32,066 nucleotides of DNA from a virus. Taxonomy: Duplodnaviria > Caudoviricetes. This document shows positions 6,948 to 15,414 of this stretch, piece by piece. Position 1 is the stretch's first letter. Every line of letters starts with the position of its first letter. The DNA lies in the IMG/VR virus record IMGVR_UViG_3300031227_000246, positions 1-32,066 of that record; one strand, 5' to 3'. The translations under genes and the position numbers were made by a program. Under the pieces are notes generated by a model, which was given only the letters and a program-made list of their open reading frames with translations, did not search any database and was not told the DNA's origin.

Positions 6948-8134
6948 CCAACCCGCTGACCTGGACGACCGAACGGCGCAAGCTGTCCGACTTGGTGCCG
7001 TGGCCTCGCAACCCGCGCCAAATCCGCAAAGACGAGGCAGCCCGCCTATCTGAATCACTGGACACGTTCGGCCAGGTGGATACCATCGCCATCGGGCCAA
7101 ATTCAGAAGTCTACAATGGCCATCAGCGCGTTAACGTCTGGGCCGCTGAACATGGCGACGATTTCGAGGTAGAGGTCAGGGTGGCCAGCCGGGAGTTGAG
7201 CGAGAAGGAGCGGGAAAAGCTGACGGTGTTCCTGCATCGTGGGGCGGCTGGTGATTGGGATTTTGACATTCTGGCCAACGAGTTTGAGCTTGACGAGCTG
7301 TTGGAGTGGGGATTTGAGGAATCGGACTTTCAACTTGATTGGGGAGAGGACGATAATAGAGATTTGCTTGGCGTGCCAAAAGATGCTAAACCAAACCCTC
7401 GCAACTTGCCAATTGATGTGATTTACACGCTCCAGATGGCCGATTGCACTTGCTGTCTGGCAGTCCAGGCTGGCTGGAAGTATGGAATACAGAGCGCACA
7501 ATACCGCCTGTGTCCGTATGTGGGTCAATTGAGTGGGCGTCACAAGGTTGAGTTTATTGATAATGATTACTTCCATTATGACCATGCAATACACCTTGCG
7601 GCAGTCCGTGACATCAGACCGAAATATACCACGGCACTCGATGTGATGACTAAAGAGCAGTGTGCCCAAGAGGGTACTTCTTGGCAATCACTGGAAAAAA
7701 CTCTCGACGAGGCCAGGGAACTAGCGGAATACGCCGAAAATGTGATTGTCATTCCAAAGTACGATTGTCTAGATCGGATACCCGCAGAGTTCATATTGGG
7801 CTATTCAGTGCCCACCTCGCACGGTGGTACTCCGCTGCCAGTTGAGGCATTCAAGGGTCGGCGCATTCATCTACTAGGAGGGAGTTGGAAGGCGCAGCTT
7901 GCTCACATGGCGGCACTGAGTGACGATGTAGTAAGCCTGGACAATAACCAGGTTCAAAAAATCGCCCGCGAGTTCGGTAGTTATGTCACGCCAGAAGGCG
8001 AGACTCAACAAATGCAAGGTGTTGGTTATGGTTATCTGACCAATGTGCGCTATGCGGCCCTCGCAATGTCGTTCGGCGCAATTGGTTCGAAAGTGAACGA
8101 GCTGTACGCCGGTTCCGCAACACCCGGCGAATAA
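6944..8134 (+). CDS. ParB/Srx-like N-domain fused to a TGT/DpdA-like (DUF6610-type) guanine transglycosylase domain
   Basis: N-terminus RNPRQI...LSESLDTFG...NGHQRV...GDWDFDIL is a phage ParB-N. C-terminus has FIDND, ALDV, VIVIPK, LGYSVPTSHGG, IHLLGGS and VSLDNN, which resemble the TGT TIM-barrel Asp and HLLG motifs. Lies next to a preQ1 riboswitch and yhhQ. Confidence 0.7.
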   Translation: MTNPLTWTTERRKLSDLVPWPRNPRQIRKDEAARLSESLDTFGQVDTIAIGPNSEVYNGHQRVNVWAAEHGDDFEVEVRVASRELSEKEREKLTVFLHRGAAGDWDFDILANEFELDELLEWGFEESDFQLDWGEDDNRDLLGVPKDAKPNPRNLPIDVIYTLQMADCTCCLAVQAGWKYGIQSAQYRLCPYVGQLSGRHKVEFIDNDYFHYDHAIHLAAVRDIRPKYTTALDVMTKEQCAQEGTSWQSLEKTLDEARELAEYAENVIVIPKYDCLDRIPAEFILGYSVPTSHGGTPLPVEAFKGRRIHLLGGSWKAQLAHMAALSDDVVSLDNNQVQKIAREFGSYVTPEGETQQMQGVGYGYLTNVRYAALAMSFGAIGSKVNELYAGSATPGE

Positions 8135-8142
8135 CAAAAGCG

Positions 8143-8179
8143 GGGCGGTCGCAGTCAACCCGCCCAACAAAACAGGAGG
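8143..8179 (+). promoter_or_regulatory. preQ1 class I riboswitch (translation control)
   Basis: GGGCGG-UCGCAGUCAAC-CCGCCC-AACAAAAC-AGGAGG: 6-bp P1, UCGCAG loop, specificity C (8159) and an A-rich tail running into the SD. Closely matches the T. tengcongensis aptamer CUGGG-UCGCAGUAAC-CCCAG-UUAACAAAACAAG (recalled). Immediately upstream of yhhQ. Confidence 0.9.
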
Positions 8180-8186
8180 TCTTAAC

Positions 8187-8798
8187 ATGGCACGTCTAAT
8201 CATTGTGGTGGCGGCCTACATTGCCGCTCAAATGCTGGCTGATATTGGAAGTCTCAAGATTGTGGTTTTTATGGGCTTGTCGATGGATGCCGGGACATTT
8301 GTTTACCCGATCACATTCACGCTCCGCGACATGGTACATAAAACCATTGGGGCAAAGGGTGCGAGGATTCTGATTGTGACGGCAGCGGCCATCAACCTGG
8401 CAATGGGGGCATACTTCTGGTTCATTTCCCAGTTACCAGGAGATCCGATGGTGGGCGCTCAATTTGAATTTGCGGCGGTGTTGTCTCCAGTGTGGCGCAT
8501 TGTGACGGCGTCCATAATTGCCGAGGTGGTGGCCGAGCTACTGGACACAGAGGCTTACAGGTTCTGGGTAAGAAGGGTCACAACTCGCTATCAGTGGGCA
8601 AGGGTATTGGCGTCAAATGCAATCAGTGTTCCCATTGACAGCCTGCTTTTTTGTTGGGTGGCGTTTGGCGGTGTTTTGCCCAGCGCGGTGGTGTGGAGCA
8701 TTGTACTGGCCAACATTATCGTAAAGGGCGCTGTAACACTGATTAGTATGCCATTGATCTACTTGATACCTGATAACAGAGTAAAGATTGTTGAATAA
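8187..8798 (+). CDS. yhhQ: Queuosine precursor (preQ0/preQ1) transporter, YhhQ/VUT family
   Basis: About 6 TM segments. Motifs AGTFVYPITFTLRD, WRIVTASIIAEVVAELLD and RVLASNAISVPIDSLLF are characteristic of YhhQ. AGGAGG SD. Confidence 0.92.
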   Translation: MARLIIVVAAYIAAQMLADIGSLKIVVFMGLSMDAGTFVYPITFTLRDMVHKTIGAKGARILIVTAAAINLAMGAYFWFISQLPGDPMVGAQFEFAAVLSPVWRIVTASIIAEVVAELLDTEAYRFWVRRVTTRYQWARVLASNAISVPIDSLLFCWVAFGGVLPSAVVWSIVLANIIVKGAVTLISMPLIYLIPDNRVKIVE

Positions 8799-8815
8799 CC
8801 CAAATGGATGGAATA

Positions 8816-8971
8816 ATGGCAATATTGAGGCGATTATTTGGCGGCAAGCGCTCGGGCAAGGACAAGGACGGATCGAAGATTGACCATCGCACCAAAAAGT
8901 GCGATGAGCGGCGAAAGATCAAAGTGGGTAGTCAGCGTGGAGCGTGGTTTGTTAGAGATCGCAACGCATGA
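8816..8971 (+). CDS. Small basic hypothetical protein (51 aa, below the ORF-track cutoff)
   Basis: MAILRRLFGGKRSGKDKDGSKIDHRTKKCDERRKIKVGSQRGAWFVRDRNA fills the gap between yhhQ and terS. Confidence 0.45.
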   Translation: MAILRRLFGGKRSGKDKDGSKIDHRTKKCDERRKIKVGSQRGAWFVRDRNA

Positions 8972-9019
8972 CCCAAAACGGCAACGGCACAAATGGCAAT
9001 GGCATACTTGGAAGCATAA

Positions 9020-9568
9020 ATGGGAACCAGGCGACGATCTAATGGAGAGCTGGCAAGGGACAGGCGGCGAATCTCTGACCTGTATCTTAAGGGCTGGATT
9101 CAGGCAGACATCGGCGTCGAGGTCGGGCTGCACCAGTCCACCGTCAGCCGTGACATCAAGTGGTTGCAAGATGAGTGGATTGCATCGGCCCTTGTCGATT
9201 TCAACGAGGCTAGAGCCCGCGAACTGGCCCGCATTGACACCCTGGAACGTGAATACTGGGACGCCTGGCAGCGGAGCAAAGAGGACGCCGAGGTTGTTAC
9301 CACCAAGGGCAAGGGCACCAAGGAGACGGCGGCATCAGTTGAAAAAACGGTACAGCGCAGGGGGCGGGTGGGGGATGCGTCTTTTTTGCGTGGCGTTGAA
9401 TGGTGCATCACCCGTCGCTGCAAGCTGATGGGGCTGGACGAACCGTCCAGATTTGAGGTAGACTGGCGAGAGGAAGCGAAAGAGGCAGGACTTGATCCCG
9501 CAGAAGTGTTTGAGCAATACGTCGCAGCGGCGGCTATGGCGCTCGACCAATCAGCTGACACAGAATGA
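9020..9568 (+). CDS. terS: Terminase small subunit (N-terminal HTH)
   Basis: LYLKGWIQADIGVEVGLHQSTVSRDIK HTH and RRCKLMGLD. Directly upstream of and overlapping terL. Confidence 0.8.
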   Translation: MGTRRRSNGELARDRRRISDLYLKGWIQADIGVEVGLHQSTVSRDIKWLQDEWIASALVDFNEARARELARIDTLEREYWDAWQRSKEDAEVVTTKGKGTKETAASVEKTVQRRGRVGDASFLRGVEWCITRRCKLMGLDEPSRFEVDWREEAKEAGLDPAEVFEQYVAAAAMALDQSADTE

Positions 9569-11009
9569 CCTGGAGGCTGAGTCATGGCAGGCAGCCAAGG
9601 ACCAACTAGCCGCACCGTCTGACAAATATGCACTTTTCAAACAGAAGTACCGCAACGACCCAGCCGGCTTTGTCATTGATTGCATCTCATTCCGTGGTGA
9701 TGGGCCTACCCCGTACCAGGTAGAAATGATGGCATTGCTACCCGAAAAGAAGCGGGTTAGCGCCAGGGGGCCACACGGCCTCGGCAAGACAGCGATGGCC
9801 GCATGGACCATTCTTTGGTTCAGCTTGACCAGGGACGGTGACGATGATTGGAAGATTCCCACGACGGCATCAGCCTGGCGGCAACTGACCAAGTACCTGT
9901 GGCCAGAGGTACGCAAGTGGGCGCGGCGCCTTCGGTGGGACATGGTGGGCCGGGAGCAATTCAGCGAACGATTGGAGCTGCTGACCCTGAGCTTGAAACT
10001 GGAAACGGGCGAAGCGTTTGCCCTGGCGTCGAATGATGTGTCAGCCATCGAGGGGGCACACGCCACGAGCCTGCTCTACATTTTCGACGAGGGCAAGGCG
10101 ATCCCGCCCGACATCTGGGACGGGGCAGAGGGCGCGTTCGCATCACCAGAAACAGGCGAGGCGATGGCCCTGGCAATCTCAACGCCAGGCGAACCGGTGG
10201 GCCGGTTCTACGAGATCCACGCCAGGAAGAAGGGGTTGGAAGATTGGCACGTCCGGCACGTTTCGCTGCAGGAGGCTGTTGACGCTGGGCGCATCGGTCA
10301 GGACTGGGCCGAACAGCGGCGCCTACAGTGGGGTGAGAAGTCAGCCGTCTACCAGAACCGCGTTATGGGCGAGTTTGCCACGAGTGAGGAAGACGGGGTG
10401 ATCCCGCTGGCCTGGGTAGAGGCGGCAAATCAGCGATGGCTAGAATGGCGGGACAGTGGCGAAGAGCCAGAAGGGGAACTGACATCCGTTGGGGTGGATG
10501 TGGCCGGGACCGGGGCTGATAAAACAGTATGCGCCTTGCGGTATGGAGACATTATTACAGAGCTACGCCGCACCAGCAAGGAAGACACCATGCAGACAGC
10601 GGGCCGGGTACTAGGTATCCTGACCCTCGGCGGCAAGGCAATTGTGGACGTGATCGGTATTGGCGCGGGCGTGGTGGATAGGTTGCGAGAACAGGGGCAA
10701 AAGGTAGACGCTTTCGGCGCTGGCGAACGTACCGACAAGCGCGACCGTTCTGGTGAGTTGGGATTCGCAGACAAACGCTCTGCGGCTTGGTGGAATATGC
10801 GCGACCTGCTGGAAACAGATCCGATAGCATTGCCACCGGATGACACGCTGACCGGCGACTTGATAGCACCACATTGGACGGTGCAAAGCGGGGGAAAGAT
10901 CAAGGTCGAGAAAAAGAAGGACATAAAAAAAAGAATAGGAAGGAGTACGGACGACGCTGACGCTGTGATTCAGGCGTTTTGGGATGAAGGCAACTGGTGG
11001 ATTTTCTAA
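9492..11009 (+). CDS. terL: Terminase large subunit (start uncertain)
   Basis: Walker A RGPHGLGKT, Walker B YIFDEG, motif III ISTP, and RNase H-like nuclease motifs VGVDVA and DDADA. Confidence 0.95.
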   Translation: MIPQKCLSNTSQRRLWRSTNQLTQNDLEAESWQAAKDQLAAPSDKYALFKQKYRNDPAGFVIDCISFRGDGPTPYQVEMMALLPEKKRVSARGPHGLGKTAMAAWTILWFSLTRDGDDDWKIPTTASAWRQLTKYLWPEVRKWARRLRWDMVGREQFSERLELLTLSLKLETGEAFALASNDVSAIEGAHATSLLYIFDEGKAIPPDIWDGAEGAFASPETGEAMALAISTPGEPVGRFYEIHARKKGLEDWHVRHVSLQEAVDAGRIGQDWAEQRRLQWGEKSAVYQNRVMGEFATSEEDGVIPLAWVEAANQRWLEWRDSGEEPEGELTSVGVDVAGTGADKTVCALRYGDIITELRRTSKEDTMQTAGRVLGILTLGGKAIVDVIGIGAGVVDRLREQGQKVDAFGAGERTDKRDRSGELGFADKRSAAWWNMRDLLETDPIALPPDDTLTGDLIAPHWTVQSGGKIKVEKKKDIKKRIGRSTDDADAVIQAFWDEGNWWIF

Positions 11010-12461
11010 ATGGCAATGACCCAACCAACACAGTACCTATTCGACGGCCAGAAAGCGGTCCCTATCGCGTCGCTGCCTGATTCTGCCTTTACCTGGTACA
11101 CGCCGCATACCACCGAGGAGGACCAGGACGTCCGGACCTATTCGGTGACCGTGCCGTGGCTGAAGCGTGGCGTCAAACTACGCGCCCAGGCCGTCGCATC
11201 GTTGCCATTCGCGCTGGTCAGTGCTGGCGGGGATGATTATGACACGTCGAAAGACTGGCAGAACAAGGTCGGTTTCCTACCCAACCCGTCTGACCTACTG
11301 GAGCGCATCGAGAAATCCTTGACGCTGCTGGGCCGGGCCTACCTGTTCAGGTCTCACAACCGGTCTAAAGCGTTGGCCCTGCGATACCTGTCTCCATTGA
11401 CAGTCGAGCCAGTATGGGCCAAGGGCGAGGCGGGCGTGACCACCGGGCTGGCAGGGTTCACGCGCAACGTCGGCGGGCATCAGGAATACCACCCGCCCGA
11501 GGACATCATTCATTTTTGGATGTCGGACACGTTCGTTGAGGCTGGGGCGGGCGACGACTTCCCTGCAGCCGCCGCGTTGATGGCCGCCGGGGTGTTGTAC
11601 AATGTGGACCAGTTCGCGGCCGCGTTTTTTGAACGGGGCGCGATCAAGGTCACGTTGTTGACGGTCAAGGGGAATCCCGGTGACACTGACAAGGAAACGA
11701 TCAAAAGTTGGTGGCGGCGCGTATTCAGTGGCAAAAGCAATGCGTGGAAGACCGACATTGTACAAGCTGACACAATAGAACCCGTGGTCGTTGGCGAGGG
11801 CATCGAGGAATTGACCAACTCGGAGCTGGTCAAGAACAAACGCGAGGACATCGCTACGGCGCTGGGCGTTCCACAGACGAAACTCTGGTCATCGACAGCG
11901 GGTGGCCTCGGTGGCAGTGGCGTGGTGACACAGGACGACCTGGCATTCTACAAAGAGACCGTCGTGCCCGAGGCAACGTTCATCCAGAGTGTGCTGAATG
12001 AGCAGATGTTCCAACCGCTGGGCCTGCGCTGGGAGTTCCGGCCGGAGACGCTAGACGTGTTCCAGGCTGATGAGAACATGCGCAGCAAGGCGTTGCTAAA
12101 CTATACCCAGGCTGGAATGCCGCTTGAGATAGCGGGTCCGACGCTGGGCATTGAATTGCCAGAGGGTGTGACGTGGGAACAGATCGCCAGGGAGAAAGAG
12201 GACCGGCGACTGGAAGCATCGGAGCAATTCCAGTCGTCAGGACCGCCACAGAGTCGACCACCGGGGCAGGATGACAAAGCGCAGCGGGCGTTACTGGACG
12301 ACCTGCGAAAGTGGGGCCGGAAGGCCACGAAAGCCGGCGGCGTCGTGCCGTTTGACAGCGACCATATTCCGGCAGCGCTGATGCAGTCCATCAATGCCAG
12401 CATCGAATTGAACGGTGTTGGCGTAGCATTCGAGTTCCTAAAAAAAAAGCGGACACGCTGA
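11010..12461 (+). CDS. Portal protein (HK97-type)
   Basis: Follows terL. Motifs LTLLGRAYL, DIIHF, FFERGA, REDIATALGVP and FYKETVVP. Confidence 0.92.
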   Translation: MAMTQPTQYLFDGQKAVPIASLPDSAFTWYTPHTTEEDQDVRTYSVTVPWLKRGVKLRAQAVASLPFALVSAGGDDYDTSKDWQNKVGFLPNPSDLLERIEKSLTLLGRAYLFRSHNRSKALALRYLSPLTVEPVWAKGEAGVTTGLAGFTRNVGGHQEYHPPEDIIHFWMSDTFVEAGAGDDFPAAAALMAAGVLYNVDQFAAAFFERGAIKVTLLTVKGNPGDTDKETIKSWWRRVFSGKSNAWKTDIVQADTIEPVVVGEGIEELTNSELVKNKREDIATALGVPQTKLWSSTAGGLGGSGVVTQDDLAFYKETVVPEATFIQSVLNEQMFQPLGLRWEFRPETLDVFQADENMRSKALLNYTQAGMPLEIAGPTLGIELPEGVTWEQIAREKEDRRLEASEQFQSSGPPQSRPPGQDDKAQRALLDDLRKWGRKATKAGGVVPFDSDHIPAALMQSINASIELNGVGVAFEFLKKKRTR

Positions 12462-13177
12462 CGGCTGCGCGTAGGCGCATTCAGGGGCGAGTTGAACCGA
12501 TACTCGCACGTTACAAAGAGAAAATCGCAACAGCTATCAGGCAGGGTACGGCAACCGAGGCGCAACTGTCCAAGCTATTCGACGAATTGCGGGCGGTGTT
12601 GGGGCCAGAGCTGGTCAGCATCACGGCCCAACAGCTTACATTTCTGTCAGAAGTCGGTATCCCGTTTGACATTGCACTGGTGAACGCCGAGGCCGTCGAA
12701 TGGGCCACCGGTTACGGGTACGACTTGGTGACGGGCCTGACCAACACAACGCGCACGCTGGTCAGCCGAGCCACCGCGGCATTCATGGAAACGCCAGGTA
12801 TGACACGCGCCGACCTGGTAGGGATGCTGGAGCCAGCGTTCGGGTCGGTGCGGGCCGAGATGATAGCCGTCACAGAGGTGACACGAGCCGCCAGCCAGTC
12901 AACGAACATCCATCAACGGCTACTGGCGCACCAGGGCATCCAGATGAGGCGGGTGTGGCAAACCCGGCACGACTCGCTGGTGTGCGAGATTTGCGGACCG
13001 CTGAATGGGCAACCGGAGGACGTGTGGCACATACAGTTCCCGTCAGGGCCGCCAGCACATCCGAGGTGCAGATGTGGGCTGGCATTGACAGCTCGGGAGC
13101 TGGAGGATATTCAGGCTGAGGCTGATAGGTTGGCAGGAGAACGGGCGCGGTACATGGCGGGACTGGTGCAACCATGA
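12449..13177 (+). CDS. Minor head protein (SPP1 gp7/Mu F-like); frame open from 12449, first standard start TTG 12587
   Basis: RAEMIAVTEVTRA, VWQTRHDSLVCEICGPLNG and PPAHPRCRC. The 46 upstream in-frame codons are protein-like and begin at the A AAA AAG site. Confidence 0.88.
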   Translation, partial: ADTLTAARRRIQGRVEPILARYKEKIATAIRQGTATEAQLSKLFDELRAVLGPELVSITAQQLTFLSEVGIPFDIALVNAEAVEWATGYGYDLVTGLTNTTRTLVSRATAAFMETPGMTRADLVGMLEPAFGSVRAEMIAVTEVTRAASQSTNIHQRLLAHQGIQMRRVWQTRHDSLVCEICGPLNGQPEDVWHIQFPSGPPAHPRCRCGLALTARELEDIQAEADRLAGERARYMAGLVQP

Positions 13178-13683
13178 CCCAAGTCACAATCAAAATCACA
13201 GGTTCACGCGAACTACTCCGCGCCCTGGATGGCAACCTGAAAATGGCAATGCGGCGGGCGGCCTATGGCGTAGCAGGGGAGGCCAGGGGCCACATCAGCC
13301 AGTACCCGGCGATGAGTGAGGCGAACCAGCCCAGGACGTTCAGGAGTGTTTTCGGCATCGCATCTCGCAAGGCGCAAAATAGCTGGTACGAACGAGGATT
13401 CGGTCAGAAATGGGCCAGGAAGGACGGCGGGGTCGGTGGCTACAAATCGAGCGAGAGGATGGATGCACAGTGGGGCATCGCGGCAACGCAGTGGGGCGCG
13501 TTGGTTGGCAACAAAGCCACTTACTCGCCAGTGGTCCACCACCACGCGGAACAGGCGGGATTCCATAAACGGCGCGGCTGGCGAACGGACAAGGAAACTA
13601 TGGAATACCTGAACAGGTCTGGATTGATAGACAAGCACGTCAAGATGGCGGTCGGTAAGGTTTTGGGAAGAGGTGGGAAGTGA
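13174..13683 (+). CDS. Virion morphogenesis protein (HK97 gp10/Mu gpG-like)
   Basis: Basic protein with an IKITGSREL N-terminus and a VGNKATYSPVVH motif. Confidence 0.5.
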   Translation: MTQVTIKITGSRELLRALDGNLKMAMRRAAYGVAGEARGHISQYPAMSEANQPRTFRSVFGIASRKAQNSWYERGFGQKWARKDGGVGGYKSSERMDAQWGIAATQWGALVGNKATYSPVVHHHAEQAGFHKRRGWRTDKETMEYLNRSGLIDKHVKMAVGKVLGRGGK

Positions 13684-13961
13684 GCGAGCAGGAACTGGTC
13701 ACACTCTCAACAGAGATACTGGAGCTACGCGAGGCCGTCAATGAACTGCGCGGCGAGGTGCGGGCGCTGGCGAAACAGCTTGAGGGTATTGGGGGCTGTT
13801 GCCCTGTATCGCTGCCATGGTGCGGCGAGCCTCCCAGCCTGGCGGTTCAGGTTGACCCGTCAACGGACACGACTGCCGACAGTGATATGAGCTACGACGA
13901 GGCCGTGGATCATATCATGGCCGAACACGCAGAGGCATGGGAAATGCTGGCAGATTTGTGA
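13680..13961 (+). CDS. Hypothetical coiled-coil protein
   Basis: GTGA overlap start with a GAGG SD and heptad repeats. Confidence 0.6.
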   Translation: MSEQELVTLSTEILELREAVNELRGEVRALAKQLEGIGGCCPVSLPWCGEPPSLAVQVDPSTDTTADSDMSYDEAVDHIMAEHAEAWEMLADL

Positions 13962-13997
13962 TTGCGCGAATTGGGGCCAAGTGCCCCGGAAAGGTGA

Positions 13998-14405
13998 ATG
14001 ATGGAAGGGTACAGAGAAGTAGAGCTGAAAAAGATGAAGCGGACGGCACTGGTGTATGTGGAGGAAGGCATACTGGCCAGTCTGGCTGATGAGTGTGCGC
14101 TGGCCGCGAAAACAGCGTCGTCTACACACACGTCTTTCATTCGTGACGAGCTTGTGCTTCGCGTGGTGCAAGAAATTTGGGGCCGCGAGTTGAGCCGGGT
14201 AGATGTCGAATGGCCGGCCGATTGGTGGCAGGCAGTCAAAGAGCGATGGCTGCCGGCGTGGGCAAAAGGGCGTTGGCCCGTGAAAATGCGGGGGGCGTGC
14301 TTGGTAGCCAGGGAGCTGTACCCCAAAATGGCGATGCCCGATATGGGGCCGCTGTTGAGGTTGGACAAGCGGGGGTATTTGGTTGAGCCAGAGGATGAGT
14401 TCTAG
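13998..14405 (+). CDS. Hypothetical protein
   Basis: AAGGTG SD. Contains WPADWWQAVKERWLP, a motif recurrent in phage hypotheticals. Confidence 0.7.
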   Translation: MMEGYREVELKKMKRTALVYVEEGILASLADECALAAKTASSTHTSFIRDELVLRVVQEIWGRELSRVDVEWPADWWQAVKERWLPAWAKGRWPVKMRGACLVARELYPKMAMPDMGPLLRLDKRGYLVEPEDEF

Positions 14406-14421
14406 TAACTCAGAAAGGGGG

Positions 14422-14691
14422 ATGATGGCGAGAATCCAGCGTGTTGGAATCAGCCTGAAATTGTGGCAGCAAATGGCAACCGTGGGCTATGAAACGCCAG
14501 AGGGTGGATTCCGCTGCATCGAGGGGCTGCCAGAGGGGGCCGAGTATGCCGGCATTGACGTTGGTGATGATGTGATATTTCTGAACTTCTGCCACGATTC
14601 ATTTCCTGATGTGGGGCCGGGCGGCAATCACCGACCAGAGCTGCGCGTCGTATTTTGTACACCGGCCCGACCAGAGGATGAGCCTGCATGA
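14422..14691 (+). CDS. Hypothetical protein
   Basis: AAAGGGGG SD before ATGATG; GLPEGAEY motif. Confidence 0.65.
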   Translation: MMARIQRVGISLKLWQQMATVGYETPEGGFRCIEGLPEGAEYAGIDVGDDVIFLNFCHDSFPDVGPGGNHRPELRVVFCTPARPEDEPA

Positions 14692-14906
14692 CCAAACCCG
14701 TCGTCTACCGTTGCACACACGCCGATTGCAACCTGCCATTTCTAAAATTGCAGGACGGGCGGGTCATCGTTGTCAGCCGGCACCGTGGCGAGAAGCACTA
14801 CAACTCGGTGTCGCTGTTGGACCTACTGGCCGATTCGTGCGAACCGGGAGCGCTGGAGAAACTATTGCCGCTGATTTATGAGATGCGGGGGAACGAAGGA
14901 GAATAG
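14688..14906 (+). CDS. Small putative Zn-binding protein
   Basis: YRCTHADC...SRHRGEKH with an ATGA overlap start. Confidence 0.6.
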   Translation: MTKPVVYRCTHADCNLPFLKLQDGRVIVVSRHRGEKHYNSVSLLDLLADSCEPGALEKLLPLIYEMRGNEGE

Positions 14907-14923
14907 TACGCCGAAAGGGAAAG

Positions 14924-15187
14924 GTGCGTCAAATGTTGAAAGATGTTGAGTATTCCTGTAAGTTATGTCGGGCGCTGTTGGATGACAAAACCGTCGTGAG
15001 GGCTGTCCCGCCAGAGGGCGCGGTCTGTATGTTGTGCGGGGGGCCAGCATTTTCGGTGCATTTTGCTGGGTCATTTCCCACGGTGCAGGGTGGTCGGTTT
15101 GCGGTCAGTAATGAGCACCTACAGGCATTCGTTCTTGGTCTAGTGGAGCTTATGTTGAGCAGTACGCCGGGAGGTGCGTCGGAATGA
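14924..15187 (+). CDS. Hypothetical Zn-ribbon protein
   Basis: CKLC...CMLC. Confidence 0.55.
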   Translation: MRQMLKDVEYSCKLCRALLDDKTVVRAVPPEGAVCMLCGGPAFSVHFAGSFPTVQGGRFAVSNEHLQAFVLGLVELMLSSTPGGASE

Positions 15188-15414
15188 GTGCGCGACGCAT
15201 ATTTAATAGATATAGATGCGCGAACAGAGTTCTGGTAGACATACGAATGCTGCCAGATTACGTTACCATGAAAGAAGTTGATCTGAGGGATGATCGGATT
15301 GTTCGCATCGTGTTCAGGGAGCCAGGCGAAATACAGGCACTTCTGGAACTGTCTCAGGGTGCATTTGGCGATAGATACCTAGCGTCACTTGAGCTCAAAG
15401 ATGTGAACAGCTAA
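15184..15414 (+). CDS. Hypothetical protein
   Basis: GGAGG SD and ATGA overlap. Confidence 0.6.
   Translation: MSARRIFNRYRCANRVLVDIRMLPDYVTMKEVDLRDDRIVRIVFREPGEIQALLELSQGAFGDRYLASLELKDVNS

Noticed and set aside
6072-7100. 342-aa minus-strand ORF
   Set aside because: Antisense to two tRNAs and the ParB gene; low-complexity translation with no motifs.
6944-8134. Chromosome-partition ParB or DNA methyltransferase call
   Set aside because: No parA, HTH or parS context and no DPPY/FxGxG methylase motifs. The C-domain has TGT-like motifs instead.
8838-9428. 196-aa plus-strand ORF overlapping terS
   Set aside because: Alternative frame of the better supported terS and the small ORFs; no recognisable domain.
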